Positions 39,150-52,621 of a stretch of DNA of 64,000 bases are shown in pieces. A model generated the notes under the pieces. It saw nothing but the letters and a program-made list of their open reading frames with translations. It did not search any database and had not been told where the DNA came from. Position numbers and translations under genes: made by a program. The stretch's first letter is position 1. Each line of letters opens with the position of its first letter. This DNA is from Octopus vulgaris (Eukaryota), in NCBI GenBank assembly GCA_951406725.2, contig OX597818.1, positions 133,114,001 through 133,178,000 on the forward strand, given 5' to 3'.

Positions 39150-39600
39150 TTATGGCTGGGGGATAAGTTTACTCAATGTAGCCACCCTCAATTTCCACCA
39201 CAACCTCAAGACACCTCCAGAACATGGCGCATCTGTTTCTCACTGTGTCCCTGGGAAGATCTTCAAACAGCTCCTTGAGCTTGGCTACCAGCTTGGCCTT
39301 GGCATTTCTGACAGAGCAGTCAGTGTCTTTCTCAACCATGCCCCACTCATAGTAAGTAATCCATGAGATTACAATCAGAGGAATTACGAAGCCAGAAATT
39401 GGGGGTTGGGTGAAGTCATAGAAATTCTCCAACAATAGGCGCAGGAGTGGCTTTGTGGTAAGTAGCTTGCTAACCAACCACATGGTTCTGGGTTCAATCC
39501 CACTGCATGGCATCTTGGGCAAGTGTCTTCTGCTATAGCCCCGGGCCGACCAATGCCTTGTGAGTGGATTTGGTAGACAGAAACTGAAAGAAGCCTGTCG

Positions 39601-39631
<31 letters not shown>

Positions 39632-40308
39632 TTGTGTGTCTGTGTTTGTCCCCCTAGCATTGCTTGACAACCGATGCTGGTGTGTGTTTACGTCCCCGTA
39701 ACTTAGCGGTTTGGCAAAAGAGACTGATAGAATAAGTACTGGGCTTACAAAAGAATAAATCCAGGGGTCGAGTCGCTCGATTAAAGGCGGTGCTTCAGCA
39801 TGGCCGCAGTCAAATGACTGAAACAAGTAAAAGAGTAAAAGAGTAATCATTTGTGACTCTTTCTGGAAGTATGATAAAGAGCTGAATACTGCTGCCACAC
39901 ATATGGCCTCCCAGCAGCAACCCTCTCAAGCCAGGGTTTGGTCATAGTCTCCAGTAGCTCCACATGTCTGTCTGAACTGAGCCTGCTGAAAGATGTGGGG
40001 ATGAATTCCGACTGTGTCCCTTCCCGCTGGACACAGCATTGTAGTCTCCATTGCTGCTGTCCATGTCATTTTACAGCCTTTATGGTGTTCACAGAGCATT
40101 GAGCAGCAGTCATGATGTTGGCATTTTGATAGCCAATGTGAATGATCATGATATAGGTAAATCTTTTCCAATATTCTGACAGCTTTCAGTCCACCATGTC
40201 AGCTAACTTTTTCCTGGACTACATCTTTATGCTCTTCAGTGCCATTGACCGTTCCTGAGAAAAGGCGACATAAAAAATAAATCATCAAATTTTGCCTGAG
40301 CCCCTCTG
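39150..40308 (-). mobile_element. Degenerate Tc1/mariner-superfamily transposase relic interrupted by a SINE
   Basis: Remnants WQQYSALYHTSRKS and YYEWGMVE...FWRCLEVVVEIEGGYIE-stop. Confidence 0.7.
39437..39846 (+). mobile_element. SINE family A
   Basis: Full-length copy within the transposase relic. Confidence 0.9.
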
Positions 40309-40321
40309 CATAGATACACAC

Positions 40322-40323
<2 letters not shown>

Positions 40324-40354
<31 letters not shown>

Positions 40355-40842
40355 TGTATGTATGTATGTATGTATATATGCATGTATGTATGTATGTATG
40401 TATGTGTGTATGTATGTATGTGTGTGTCTGTGTATGTATGTAGGTATGTATTTATGTATGTATATGTGTGTATGTATGTATGTATGTGTGTGTCTGTGTA
40501 TGTATGTATGTGTGTATGTATGTATGTATTTATGTATGTATGTATATGTGTGTATGTATGTATGTATGTATGTATGTATATGTGTGTATGTATGTATGTG
40601 TGTCTGTGTGTGTATGTATGTATGTATTTATGTATGTATGTATATATGTGTATGTATGTATATATGTATGTATGTGTCTGTGTATGTATGTATGTATGTA
40701 TGTATGTGTGTGTCTGTGTATGTATGCATGTATGTATGTATGTATGTATGTATTTATGTATGTATGTATGTATATGTGTGTATGTATGTATGTATGTATG
40801 TGTGTGTCTGTGTATGTATGTATGTATGTATGTATATGTGAG
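40324..40842. repeat. (TATG)n tetranucleotide array with variant units
   Basis: Directly visible. Confidence 0.95.
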
Positions 40843-42286
40843 TGTGTATTGGTCAACTGAAGGCTATGGTAGAAGATACTTGCCCAAGGAGCCAAACACT
40901 GAGATTGAAACCAAAAGCCACATGATTACAAAGAAAACTTTTTAATCAAACAGCCATGCCAAAAGCCACTTGTGGCAGGAATTCAGCCAAAATCTTGGAT
41001 TTGCATAACCATTCAATCTATGTTAGTTGGTATTTAATACAGCTTCCTAATGTAATGAATGTATTTCCATAAACTAGTTCTTTCTTTTTATGTTAATATT
41101 AAGGAATGTTACCTCTAATAATATACAGTTAGGTTAACGTTACTGCAGCTTAGTTTTAATCATGCATATATCTAAAACATTTTATTATTAAATTAGATTT
41201 AATGTCAGTAATGAGAATCATGTTTTTATTTCAGATATTTATAATTTTATGGAGTGGGTCTCAAGAAAATATCTTGATTCTAGATTTTTACAATACATTA
41301 ACCCAATTTCAGTTTGATTACAAGATATTTATTTAGAGAGGTTTTACATTTTTAGTTGGATTATACAAATTGAAGTAGAAAATTTATCATGAAATCTACA
41401 CAGGTTTTATATCTAAAATATTACTATGCAGTAATTTTATATCACACAATATTTTTGTTTTCATTTTCCATGAAAATTTGAAATAAGGGGAAAATAATTT
41501 CTTTTAATGCAAACTATGCAAATTATTGCATTAAGTTTACAGAGATAAAGCGATTTTTAGCAATTTCAATGAGAACAGGCAAAAACCTCCAAGAAAAGCT
41601 ATTTTTGAACTAAAATAATAATTGTTTATTTGGGGTTTTTATATATCAACTGAATTTCCGTTCTTTGTTTCTTTTTCTATAAAGCATGGTTTAAAGATAT
41701 TAAAACCATTTTCACCTTGTTAATAATTTAAATAATTATTATTTATTTTAAAAAAATTTTTTTTTTGTTTTGAAGTCATATTAAACAAAACTGTTGAAAA
41801 CCTGCAAGTTAAATTTGAAAAGTTCATTTCGTGAATAAACAAAGAAACCTGATAACAGACTAAGGATATAATTGCTTCAGTAAAGAACTAGCTGAGGTGT
41901 GGAAGGATGTAGGTTTCATTAACTGAGCCAAGGCATATAGTAGTGTATGCCTGATCTTTAAGATAAATGGTGAGACAAAATGTCAAATAGATATAGTATA
42001 AATCACCCATCCATAAGTTTGTGCCACAGTAGACGAACCAGTGCAATACACAGTGGTAGTAATACTACACTAAATTAATATTTACATTGCTACTGCTAAA
42101 GAACTGGTAATAGAGCATGTCAGAATGTTTCCATACAAATAGGTTCTAAAGATAAGCCTATGAGACTTTGAATTACGTGGAGATAAATCAAATTGTTTTA
42201 AATAATAATATATGTAAGTTCTACTAAATACATTGAGTGCTTCTTCTTTTGTTTGTCCAGTCACTCATATATATATATATATATAT

Positions 42287-42445
42287 AGGCTATTTATGAC
42301 AGGTAACGACAAATATATACATTTAGATTGACTGAGGTAGTAATAAGAGTCATAAAAGTCATTATTATGAGTCATAAAATGACTCTTATTACTACTACAG
42401 TCAATCTAAATGTATATATTTGTCGTTACCTGTCATAAATAGCCT
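42287..42445. repeat. Near-perfect 67-bp-arm palindrome
   Basis: 42287-42353 versus 42379-42445 in reverse complement, 2 mismatches. Confidence 0.9.
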
Positions 42446-42537
42446 TTTTTATTGGCAATGTGCATTTTCGTTGATTTTTCATATTTTACCCTTACATTTC
42501 CACGTGTATTTTATATTTTCTTTTTGTAACATATTTC

Positions 42538-42582
<45 letters not shown>

Positions 42583-42642
42583 GGTGCCCCAGCATGGCCA
42601 CAGCTCATTAGCTGAAACTGGAAAATCAAAATCAAAAATCAA

Positions 42643-42673
<31 letters not shown>

Positions 42674-42959
42674 TACAAAGTATGGGGGTTTACTTCACAG
42701 GTGATCTAAATGATTAGGTATGCTAGGTAAGTGCTGTAACGGATTACTGGGGCCCGAAGGTTATAGCTGAGATGTTAGTTATGGAGCAATCACACATTTC
42801 CAATATATATATAAATATATGTGTGTGTGTGTCTATATGTATGTATGTATGTACTACTTATGTAAGCATAAAAGTGTGTGTGTGCCCTTCCTGACGCCAA
42901 TCCCCACCTGTTGCCAAGCAAGGTAGTTGTGTGTGTATATATATATATATATAATTCAA

Positions 42960-43115
42960 ATTTATAGAAAAACAAAGACAAAGGCAGGTGTAGGAACAAC
43001 ATGCAAGTGTATTAGTTTGACACTCAGGAAAAATGAAAAAGTCTTTTACGTTTCGAGCCTATGCTCTTCTACAGAAAGGACTAAGAGGAAACAAACAGAG
43101 AGAGAACAAAAAAAT
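42960..43115 (-). mobile_element. Short repeat with hammerhead-like core (core at 43041-43081)
   Basis: GTCCTTT CTGTAGA AGAGC ATAG GCTC GAAA CG TA AAAGAC; downstream sequence shared with 22270-22370. Confidence 0.6.
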
Positions 43116-43330
43116 ACATATTGAGTTCAATGGGCCATGTATACATATATAATTTAATATATGTATGCATGTATGAATATATATACATACATATGTATAC
43201 ACATATCGATATATATATATGTATGTATGTATTTATGTATGTATGTATGTATGTATGTATGTATGTATGTATGTATGTATGTATGTATGTATGTATATAT
43301 GTATGTATGTATGTAGGTATGTATGTATAT

Positions 43331-43409
<79 letters not shown>

Positions 43410-43710
43410 AGCACATGCACTATATATTGGTTCTTCACTCATTTATTACTGTTCTTATTCTAACTCATGTCCATTGTCTGGGAATTTTTCATCACCCATC
43501 TGTGATTTCTTCAGTGACACTTTCCATCCTCACAAAACTCAGGTATATTGAAAATTTAAATATGCATTAGAAGTAGTGGAACATATATGCCCTGGTAAAG
43601 ACATGTACGGCAGAAAGAAGATATTTATTGAGTGAAACAAGTAAATTGGTGCAAACTTTAAAAGAGTACTTTAAAAGAGTTCTTCAATGAAATAGTATAA
43701 GATGTACAAA

Positions 43711-43927
43711 CAAGTGGGTGCTGAAAAGTTTCTGGTTTTAAGAGGATCGGGAAAGGCCTGGTCAGAGGCCCAACCTTCCAAGTTCTTTCACAGGGCTTAG
43801 AAAAACTGAAGGACCGCTGCAACAAGTGTGTAAATCTGAGAGGGGAATATGTTGAATAAAATCATAATTAACTGATCCTCCTGTATTTTTTTTTACCTAA
43901 ATCTAGGAACTTTTCAGCACCCCTTCA
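43711..43927 (+). mobile_element. Internally deleted mariner derivative
   Basis: TIR core GGGTGCTGAAAAGTT at both ends; retains the mariner C-terminus KLKDRCNKCVNLRGEYVE-stop. Confidence 0.8.
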
Positions 43928-46262
43928 TAATTGCTGTATATATACCACCTGATTAGTCTTAAGCAGAGAGGGTTGGAATCTCTACATGGTAACTTGACCT
44001 ATAGAAACAGCAGCCAAATCAACTTCAACTCACATGTTGAGGAATATAGTCCCTGATACGTAAAATGATCAGTTGGTTGTGGGTTTGAATGTCATTGTTA
44101 ACAGTTTTGCTCACTCAAATCACATCTGGTGTTAAATAAGAATTCTTGGAGATTTAAAACATCTAATTGTTGAACTTTGTAAAATTAAATATTGTTGATT
44201 TTATCAGTAACAGTAGTTCATCATCATCATCATCACTGCTATCACCACCAACACCATAAAAATTTGCGACCACTACTATTACTACTATCATCATTTTCAT
44301 CATCTCCACCATTACCACTGCCACAACTACCATTATCATTTATGAGCATCATCTTCATCATCATCATCATTATCATCAATTCAATATTTCCTTATATACC
44401 TGTAAGTTTTGGAAGAATCAGCAATATTGTATATTACCACACAGCTCAATCCTCTGTCACCCTGTCTGTGGAAATCAGTACCATTTTCTGACCCCATGAA
44501 CTTTTCACATGTCTACTTCTATCACAGATATCTTTCACTGTCAACACAGAAAATTTTCACATTTACACCCAACAAACATTTCCATTACATGCAATGAGAT
44601 TGAATTCAGGTTTATGTGGTCACAATACAAACTTCTTAACTACTAGCTATTAATGGAAGTAATTTTTCTCTTTTTTACTTCTATGAAGGATGAGATACAG
44701 AAAATTGTATTTTTTTGGTCTATGCTAGAAAATAGAAAACTGAATCAACCTATACAAAGAAAAATATAAAGGGAGAGTGAACAGAAATCTAAACCATTTC
44801 ATCAACAAAATGCTAGTAATTATACAGTATAGAGTAATCTATTAAGATAATAATTTTCAGGACTATTAACTTCCACTTTAGAGAAAGATATTCATAATAT
44901 TTACATTTTCCCCCACATCATTTTGATTGGTTTGATCTCTGATTGGTTTCATCTCTGCTGTCTTATTCTTGGATGTGTAGATAGTTTTAAACTCAATTCA
45001 GAGTAGGAACTTTCATTTCTAAACTACATTAGGTGAAAAATAAAAATACAGGCTAATATATGTTCTAAAACTTAACCTCAAGTCTGCCTTAAACTAAATC
45101 ATAACTAAAGCTCAAAATAGAACCTTAATTAAAACTTATGATTTCTGTCACTATTCCATTCACATCAAGGATGCATCATAGGAAAGTAAACCAACCCTAG
45201 TACTTGACTTGTACTTTATTTTATTAACCCCTGAAGGATGAAGGGCAAAGTTGACCTCAGTATGGTTTGAACTCAATATCAATTCCCAGCTAATATGAAT
45301 TAATCTTTTATTTCATTCTGTATTGTTTTATTTTAATATTTTCAAAATTCTATATTCATGCTATTTAAATATAAATAAGATATTTCTAATGCAATAAACA
45401 TCTAATGCTGGGTAGTTTACTGGCCATTCAAGCTTGTAAAAATGTAAGGTTTCTCATAGAATCAAAGGAAATCAAAATTATATTTTCAAGAAGCTTATAT
45501 AGAAAATGGTAAATTTTGAATCAAAAATTTGATCAAGAGTGAAAAAAGTAGCTTAAATCCACCATCATCACCACCAACAACAACAACAATAAAAGAATCC
45601 TTGAAAATCTAAAATCTACAATTATTCTGAACCATATTTAAGAGTGCTTAATTATCAATTAATTCCAACAATACACATACACATACAATATATACACATA
45701 AATATACACACATAAAATGACAAGCACCAGTAAAAATAAATTAGAAATATTTTAAGGAATGAAATAAAATATACAACAGAAAATTGATGAACATCCAGCA
45801 ACAGCTTTAAAGGAAAGATGATTTGTGTTAATATATAACTCTTCCCATATTATTTACTTCAATTAGTAATGAAATAATAAAAAAAAAAAAGGAAACAAAT
45901 CTAGGCAAAGTCTTGTGATTTCCATAAAAATACAAACTTCCCACCTACCACAAAAGTAATGAAAACAAAGTAAATAAAAAAAAATCAATGCAAAACAATG
46001 AAAATATAAACTAGAAACTATCATCTTGTGTATTATTAATTCGCAATTATGAAAACATAAATATTAATAATATTTATTTTAAATAGCAGCAACTGGTTTC
46101 AATCATGCAGTTCAAACTTGGAATATCAACTCAAGAGATAGAATAGCTGTAATTAAAAAGGTGCAAATTCTAAACTGTGCAAAAGGCTGTAGATGACATT
46201 TTCATTAACCTCATTATTTGATTACTCATATGTAAACTTTTAATATTATACAGCTAACATTT

Positions 46263-46316
46263 TTAGCTTTTTTTCTTCTTGCTAGTTGGTATTCTGTTAA
46301 CTGAGAGTTTCTGCAT
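46263..46316 (-). CDS. Candidate short terminal exon MQKLSVNRIPTSKKKKS-stop, gene unknown
   Basis: Acceptor TTTTTTGTCTTCAATAATAG, followed by about 1 kb of repeat-poor AT-rich UTR-like sequence. No homology recognised. Confidence 0.25.
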   Translation of the reverse strand: MQKLSVNRIPTSKKKKS

Positions 46317-46614
46317 CTATTATTGAAGACAAAAAAGCTTGCCAAATAACATATATTATATTATGTATAACATTTGAAATAGGATTGAAATTAAAAAATT
46401 CAAAACATATTCCAATATACTTTAATAATTTTTCTTCACTTTTTTTTTAAAGAATTCTAATAAATAAAAGCAAAACTTTGCATTAATATTCTCCAAAAGT
46501 TTATTATAAAAACATTCATAGGTTTAATTCCTTGGGCTATTTTGAAAATTAAACTTTAAAAAAATGTAACTGAAATGGTGTACATGTCATCATTTACATA
46601 CATACTACTAATAA

Positions 46615-46845
46615 TAATAATAATCCTTTCTGCTGTAGGCACAAGGCCTGAAATTTTGGGGGAGGGGGCTAGTCAATTACATTGACCCCAGTCCTCAACT
46701 GGTGCTTATTTTATTAACCCTGAAAGGAAGAAAGCTAAAGTGAACCCTAGTGGGATTTGAACTCAGAACATAGCGATGGGTGAAATACCGCTAAGAACTT
46801 CATCCAGTGTGCTAATGACTCTGCCAGCTCACCACCTTAATAATG

Positions 46846-46912
<67 letters not shown>

Positions 46913-47553
46913 TGATGATGATAATAATAATAGTCGATTACATCGACCTCAGTGAGTAACTGGTACTTTATTTATCGAACTACTGAGTTTGGTTTAATGG
47001 CCTACCAATATACACTATGAGTTTCTTTGCCCTAGGAGTCGGGAAGACACTCGGCAAGAAATGGAAGAAAATTTGAAAGAAGAAAAAAAAAAGTAATAAT
47101 AATAATGATAACAATAGTTTCAATTTTATGGACACAGTCAACAATTTTAGGAGGAGGACTTCTTAATTACATGGACTCCAGTACTCAACTGGTACTCACA
47201 TTATCAACTCTAAGAAAGTGAGAAGCAAAGTCAATTTCAGTGGGGTTTGAACTCAGAGCAAAAGCGATGGAAGAAATGCCACTAAGCATTTTGTCCAATT
47301 TCCTAATAATTCTGCCATTTCATTGCCTTAAAAATAATAATTGTTTTTGATATAGGCACAAAGCTTGAAAGTTGTGTCAGGGGAAGACTATTACATTGAC
47401 CCTATCACTCAACTGCTACTTATTTTATTTGACCCCGGAAAGATGAAAGGCAAAGTCAGTGATGGTGACATTTGAACTCAGAATGTCAAGACAGACGAAA
47501 TGCTATTATGCATTTTGTCCAGTATGTAATGAATCTGCCCACTCATTGTCTTG

Positions 47554-47610
<57 letters not shown>

Positions 47611-48250
47611 TGCTATCTAACTCAGATACCAGGAAACCCCAAAATGGCAGAAATTCAAAAGATAGTGCTCATGGGAACTGCTCATATCCTACGCAAAATA
47701 CTTTCTATGTAATCTCAAGTTTTAAAACAAACATACTTTTCGTTTTTTTTTTTTTTTTTTTTGACATTCACTAGTACAACACTAAATACAAAACCAAATA
47801 TATGGCACACTTGGCATAACAACATCACGAACTTCCAACCTGTTGTCTCTTGAGGTCTCTGGGTGAGACTTGGAGCCAATTTGTACAAATATAAAGCAAA
47901 AGTCAAACATAGAATAATGATAATAATAATAATAATAATGGAATCAGATCTTGGCACAAGGTCAGCAATTTTGGAGGAGGGGGCAAGTCATTTACACCAA
48001 TCTCAGTGCTCAACTGGTACTTACTTTATCGACCCCTGAAAAGTTGAAAGCAAAGTCAGCCTCAAAGGAATTTGAACTCATAACGTAAAGACAGACAAAA
48101 TATCACTAAGAACTTTGCCCAGCATACTGAAAATTCTGCCAACTTATTGCCTTAATAATAATAATAATAATAATAATAATGGTTTTAAATTCTGGCACAA
48201 GGCCAGCAGGATTGGAGGCGGGGCTGAGTCAGTTAAATTGACCCCAAATA
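46615..48250 (-). mobile_element. Cluster of 5-6 older SINE-B copies separated by (AAT)n tracts
   Basis: Repeated GGCACAAG...CAACTGGTACT...GCAAAGTC...TTTGAACTCAG near 46625, 46935, 47115, 47345, 47945 and 48185. Confidence 0.8.
47611..47912 (+). mobile_element. 3' end of an R4/Dong-like non-LTR element within (TAA)n
   Basis: YLTQIPGNPKMAEIQKIVLMGTAHILRKILSM-stop (47712), then a UTR; TAA repeats on both sides. Confidence 0.75.
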
Positions 48251-48429
48251 GGTAACAGATGCACAGAGCCCAGTGTATGAGCAGTATATCTCAGTGAGGA
48301 AGCTGAAGAAACAATAGCAAAGAAGAGATATGCAGAAAAAGAGGAGAAAGTAGACCTACCTCAATAACACCAGAATAGATATGACACAGAATTTGAGGTG
48401 AATAGTAGAGAAGATTATAGAAGCAAAAG

Positions 48430-48850
48430 AAGATATTATGAGAGAAAACAAATCTAGTAAGACTGACTTTACTAACATGATCAACAGAGAATGACTACCA
48501 AGGCTCTCAAACAGCATATAAAATAACAACACATTTATGATGTATAAAGTTGCTCTTAGACAGATCTTAAGAAATAAGGGAAATGACTTAACAACCTTAA
48601 ATAACTTCATCTATTCTACTGCAAAAATTGTAACTGCTCAACTAGGTATCAGGACAACACAGAAAAGGACCAACCATGTCAATGGACCTCCTAAGTGGAA
48701 AGTAGCAATACAAAAAGAGATTGAATTTTTGTGGGTGGATGTATCAGTTCTTGATGAATTTGCTAGAAGATGTATCAGTTCTTGATGAAACAAGCTAGAA
48801 AAATCAAGCAAAAATAAGAAATCAAAGCCAATTACTCATAAATAAAGCCA
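48430..48850 (+). mobile_element. Degenerate pre-RT fragment of an R4/Dong-like ORF
   Basis: LNNFIYSTAKIV...PPKWKVAIQKEIEFLWVDVSVL resembles the LY.AA..V...PPW..RL...I..LR.D.S.L motif. Confidence 0.5.
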
Positions 48851-49444
48851 TGCCAGAATTGTGCATAGTAGAAGGTATCAAGACAAAAGCATAAGATTGA
48901 TGATACAGTTATTTGTTGGAGTAAAACTCACCTCAGATGTGAATACATAGAACTGGAAAGCTTAAGCCAAAAAAAAAAAAAGAAAAGAAAAGAAAACTGA
49001 AAATAATGGATTTCAACAGCAATAGTTCAAAGAATATCAAGTGGCTGTTTCCAGAGAACTACCAGCCAAAATTCAGAGAGAAGCTTCTAACAACACTACA
49101 CCTCCATTCTTTGATGAGAAAGAAATAATAATTACTGATGAAAATTTACAAACAGCCAATGAAAATATGAAAGGAAAAAATAAAGCATAAAACACTCCAA
49201 AACATAAAGAACAACAATTTCTTTCAAATAACTATGAAATCCTTACTCTGGAAAATAATGAAGATGAACTAAAATTCACCACTCCTTGAAAACCGAGTTT
49301 ATAGCAAAATCATGAGTCTGTTATTTCTAGCAGGTTGAGTAGCCGTATAGGTGCCCATTTGTGTTTTTCAACAAAAATCTTTGTAAACAAGGACTTATGA
49401 ATACTTTCTTAAATTTTGGTTCACAATTTTTATGATTATGAATA

Positions 49445-49843
49445 AGGAGTGGCTGTGTGGTAGGTAGCTTGCTTACCAACCACATGGTTCAAGGTTCAGT
49501 CCCACTGCGTGGCATCTTGGGCAAGTGTCTTCTGCTATAGCCCCGGGCTGACCAATGCCTTGTGAGTGGATTTGGTAGACGGAAACTGAAAGAAGCCTGT
49601 CGTATATATGTATATATATGTATATGTATGTGTGTGTTTGTGTGTCTATGTTTGTCCCCCTAGCATTGCTTGACAAACGATGCTGGTGTGTTTATGTCCC
49701 CATCACTTGGTGGTTCAGCAAAAGAGACTGATAGAATAAGTACTGGGCTTACAAAGAATAAGTCCCAGGGTCGATTTGCTCGACTAAAGGCGGTGCTCCA
49801 GCATGGCCGCAGTCAAATGACTGAAACAAGTAAAAGAAAAGAG
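49445..49843 (+). mobile_element. SINE family A
   Basis: Near full-length copy. Confidence 0.9.
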
Positions 49844-50332
49844 ATATGAAATTTATAATTCACTGGGTAGTAAAAGAACCACAGAAGACTTCATCGTCTG
49901 GTAGCATATCTAGAGCAAATGTGCTTGAAGGACTGCCCAGTAACCAGGGAATATAGTGTTAATTTATGATAATTGTACAATACACTCTAATGCAACTCCT
50001 TATCAAAGATACATTGCTACATATTTGCCATTTAACTGCAGGCCTTTGATCCAATCAATCAATCAAGTTATTGATATCAATGAATAATATTAAACACAAG
50101 ATTAGAATGATCTCAATAGGATCACAAAATGCAAAACAGATATGAGTATAATGATATTTCAAAAGCATTTTAATATTGAGCATGTAACCTAGATTGTGGC
50201 AACAGGCCCAGAATAACATCAATAATACTAAAACAGGTTGGTACAAATTTTAGACAACATTATTGTTCTATGAGAATGGTTATGAATACCTGGTGCCATT
50301 GGATATAGGCCATTAAGAATTTTGAATTTTAG

Positions 50333-50547
50333 TACTCTTTTACTCTTTTACTTGTTTCAGTGATTTGACTGTGGCCATGTTGGAGCACCGCCTTTAGTCG
50401 AGCAAATCGACCCCAGGACTTATTCTTTGTAAGCCTAGTACTTATTCTATCAGTCTCTTTTACCAAACCGCTAAGTTATAGTGACGTAAACACACCAGCA
50501 TCAGTTTTCAAGCGATGTTGGGGGCACAAACACAGACACACAAACAT

Positions 50548-50582
<35 letters not shown>

Positions 50583-51008
50583 CATATATACGACGTGCTT
50601 CTTTCAGTTTCTGTCTACCAAATCCACTCACAAGACTTTGGTTGAACTGAGGCTATAGTAGAAGACACTATAAAGGTGGCGAGCTGGCAGAAACGTTAGC
50701 ACGCCGGGTGAAATGCATAGACGTATTTTGTCTGCCACTACGTTCTGAGTTCAAATTCCGCCAAGGTCGAATTTGCCTTTCATCCTTTCAGGGTCGATAA
50801 ATTAAGTACCAGTTACGCACTGGGATCAATGTAATCGACTTAATCCATTTGTCTGTCCTTGTTTGTCCCCTCTATGTTTAGCCCCTTGTGGGTAGTAATG
50901 AAATATAACGAAATATATAGTAGAAGACACTTGCCCAAGGTGCCACGCAGTGAGACTGAACCCAGAACCACGTGGTTCGTAAACAAGCTACTTACCACAC
51001 AGCCACCC
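50333..51008 (-). mobile_element. SINE family A interrupted by a SINE-B
   Basis: SINE-A sequence resumes at 50916 after the insertion. Confidence 0.88.
50670..50915 (+). mobile_element. SINE family B
   Basis: 16-bp TSD TATAGTAGAAGACACT (50654-50669 and 50916-50931). Confidence 0.9.
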
Positions 51009-51348
51009 CTACACCTAAGAGTAAAATAAATATGAGCCGGCAACTGAATCTCTATGTCATTGTGTGATCTGCAAGAAATAGCAACCAAATTTGCCTTAAG
51101 TCATACCCTACTGTGCTAAAAATGAGGATACCTAATACTTGAAAAAAAAGAAATAGATGGTCAGTACTAGAAAATTTTTAGGCACAGGTTTGGCCAAAGT
51201 AACAACATAATAGCATCTGCTCTTTGGAATTCACTAGGCTCATACCACATCCACTCAGCTATTCCTATCCTTCTTGCTTCTTCTCTCATTACTCTTGTGT
51301 TTGAGCCCAGACCCTACTTTAATCACTATACAATCTCCTTCTTTCCTT

Positions 51349-51739
51349 GAATGTGGAAGCACTCCATTGGTTACAACGATGAGGGTTCCGGTTGATGCGA
51401 ATCAACAGAACAGCCTGCTCATGAAATTAACGTGTAAGTGGCTGAGCACTCCACAGACACGTGTACCCTTAACGTAGTTCTTGGGGATATTCAGCGTGAC
51501 ACAGAGTGTGACAAGGCCAGGCCCTTTGAAATACAGGTACAACAGAAACAGGAAGTAAGAGTGAGAGAAAGTTGTGGTGAAAGAGTACAGCAGTGTTCAT
51601 CACAACCCCCTGCAGGAGCCTCGAGGAGCTTTAGGTGTTTTCGCTCAATAAACACTCACAACGCCCAGTCTGGGAATCGAAACCGCGATCCTATGACCGC
51701 GAGTCCGCTGCCCTAACCACTGGGCCATTGCGCCTCCAC
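51349..51739 (-). mobile_element. SINE family C
   Basis: Reverse complement of 21097-21486. Confidence 0.9.
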
Positions 51740-51969
51740 CTTCCTGTACAAGATATCCTATGAATGTTCATGACAAACATTAATGCCGTTAGTCTCACTG
51801 GTATCATCCTGGGCATTGTCCCTTCCTTAAGACTCAGCAAGTAAGTAATAAAAAAAAAATGCACAATATGCATTGGAATATCTCCTCTGCATTATTGATG
51901 ATGATAAATCAGTTGTCCAAGCAGCTGACAGTCGATGAAACCTGGAATATTGGTAAGAAATGTAAATAA

Positions 51970-52380
51970 AGGTGCAGGAGTGGCTGTGTGGTAAGTAGCT
52001 TGCTTACCAACCACATGGTTCCGGGTTCAGTCCCACTGCGTGGCATCTTGGGCAAGTGTCTTCTGCTATAGCCCCGGGCCGACCAATGCCTTGTGAGTGG
52101 ATTTGGTAGATGGAAACTGAAAGAAGCCTGTCGCATATATGTATATATATGTGTGCATGTGTTTGTGTGTCCGTGTCTGTCCCCTTAGCATTGCTTGACA
52201 ACCGATGCTGGTGTGTTTACGTCCCCGTCACTTAGCGGTTCGGCAAAAGAGACCGATAGAATAAGTACTGGGCTTACAAAGAATAAGTCCCGGGGTTGAT
52301 TTGCTTGACTAAAGGCGGTGCTCCAGCATGGCCGCAGTCAAATGACTGAAACAAGTAAAAGAGTAAAAGAGTAAGAGTAA
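51970..52380 (+). mobile_element. SINE family A
   Basis: Full-length copy. Confidence 0.9.
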
Positions 52381-52557
52381 ACAATGAAATTCGTGACAAT
52401 GATGAAAATGATTATTGCTTTATCACATAAATAGGTCTGTTTGAACCTAATTAGAATTAGAGTCTTGTGAAGTTGTTAGATAACTCAAATTGTTTTAGCA
52501 GGCCATCAGGAACCACTGAATAACAAGTCTTCCTCTAGTGAGTCAAAGGAACAATAA

Positions 52558-52621
<64 letters not shown>

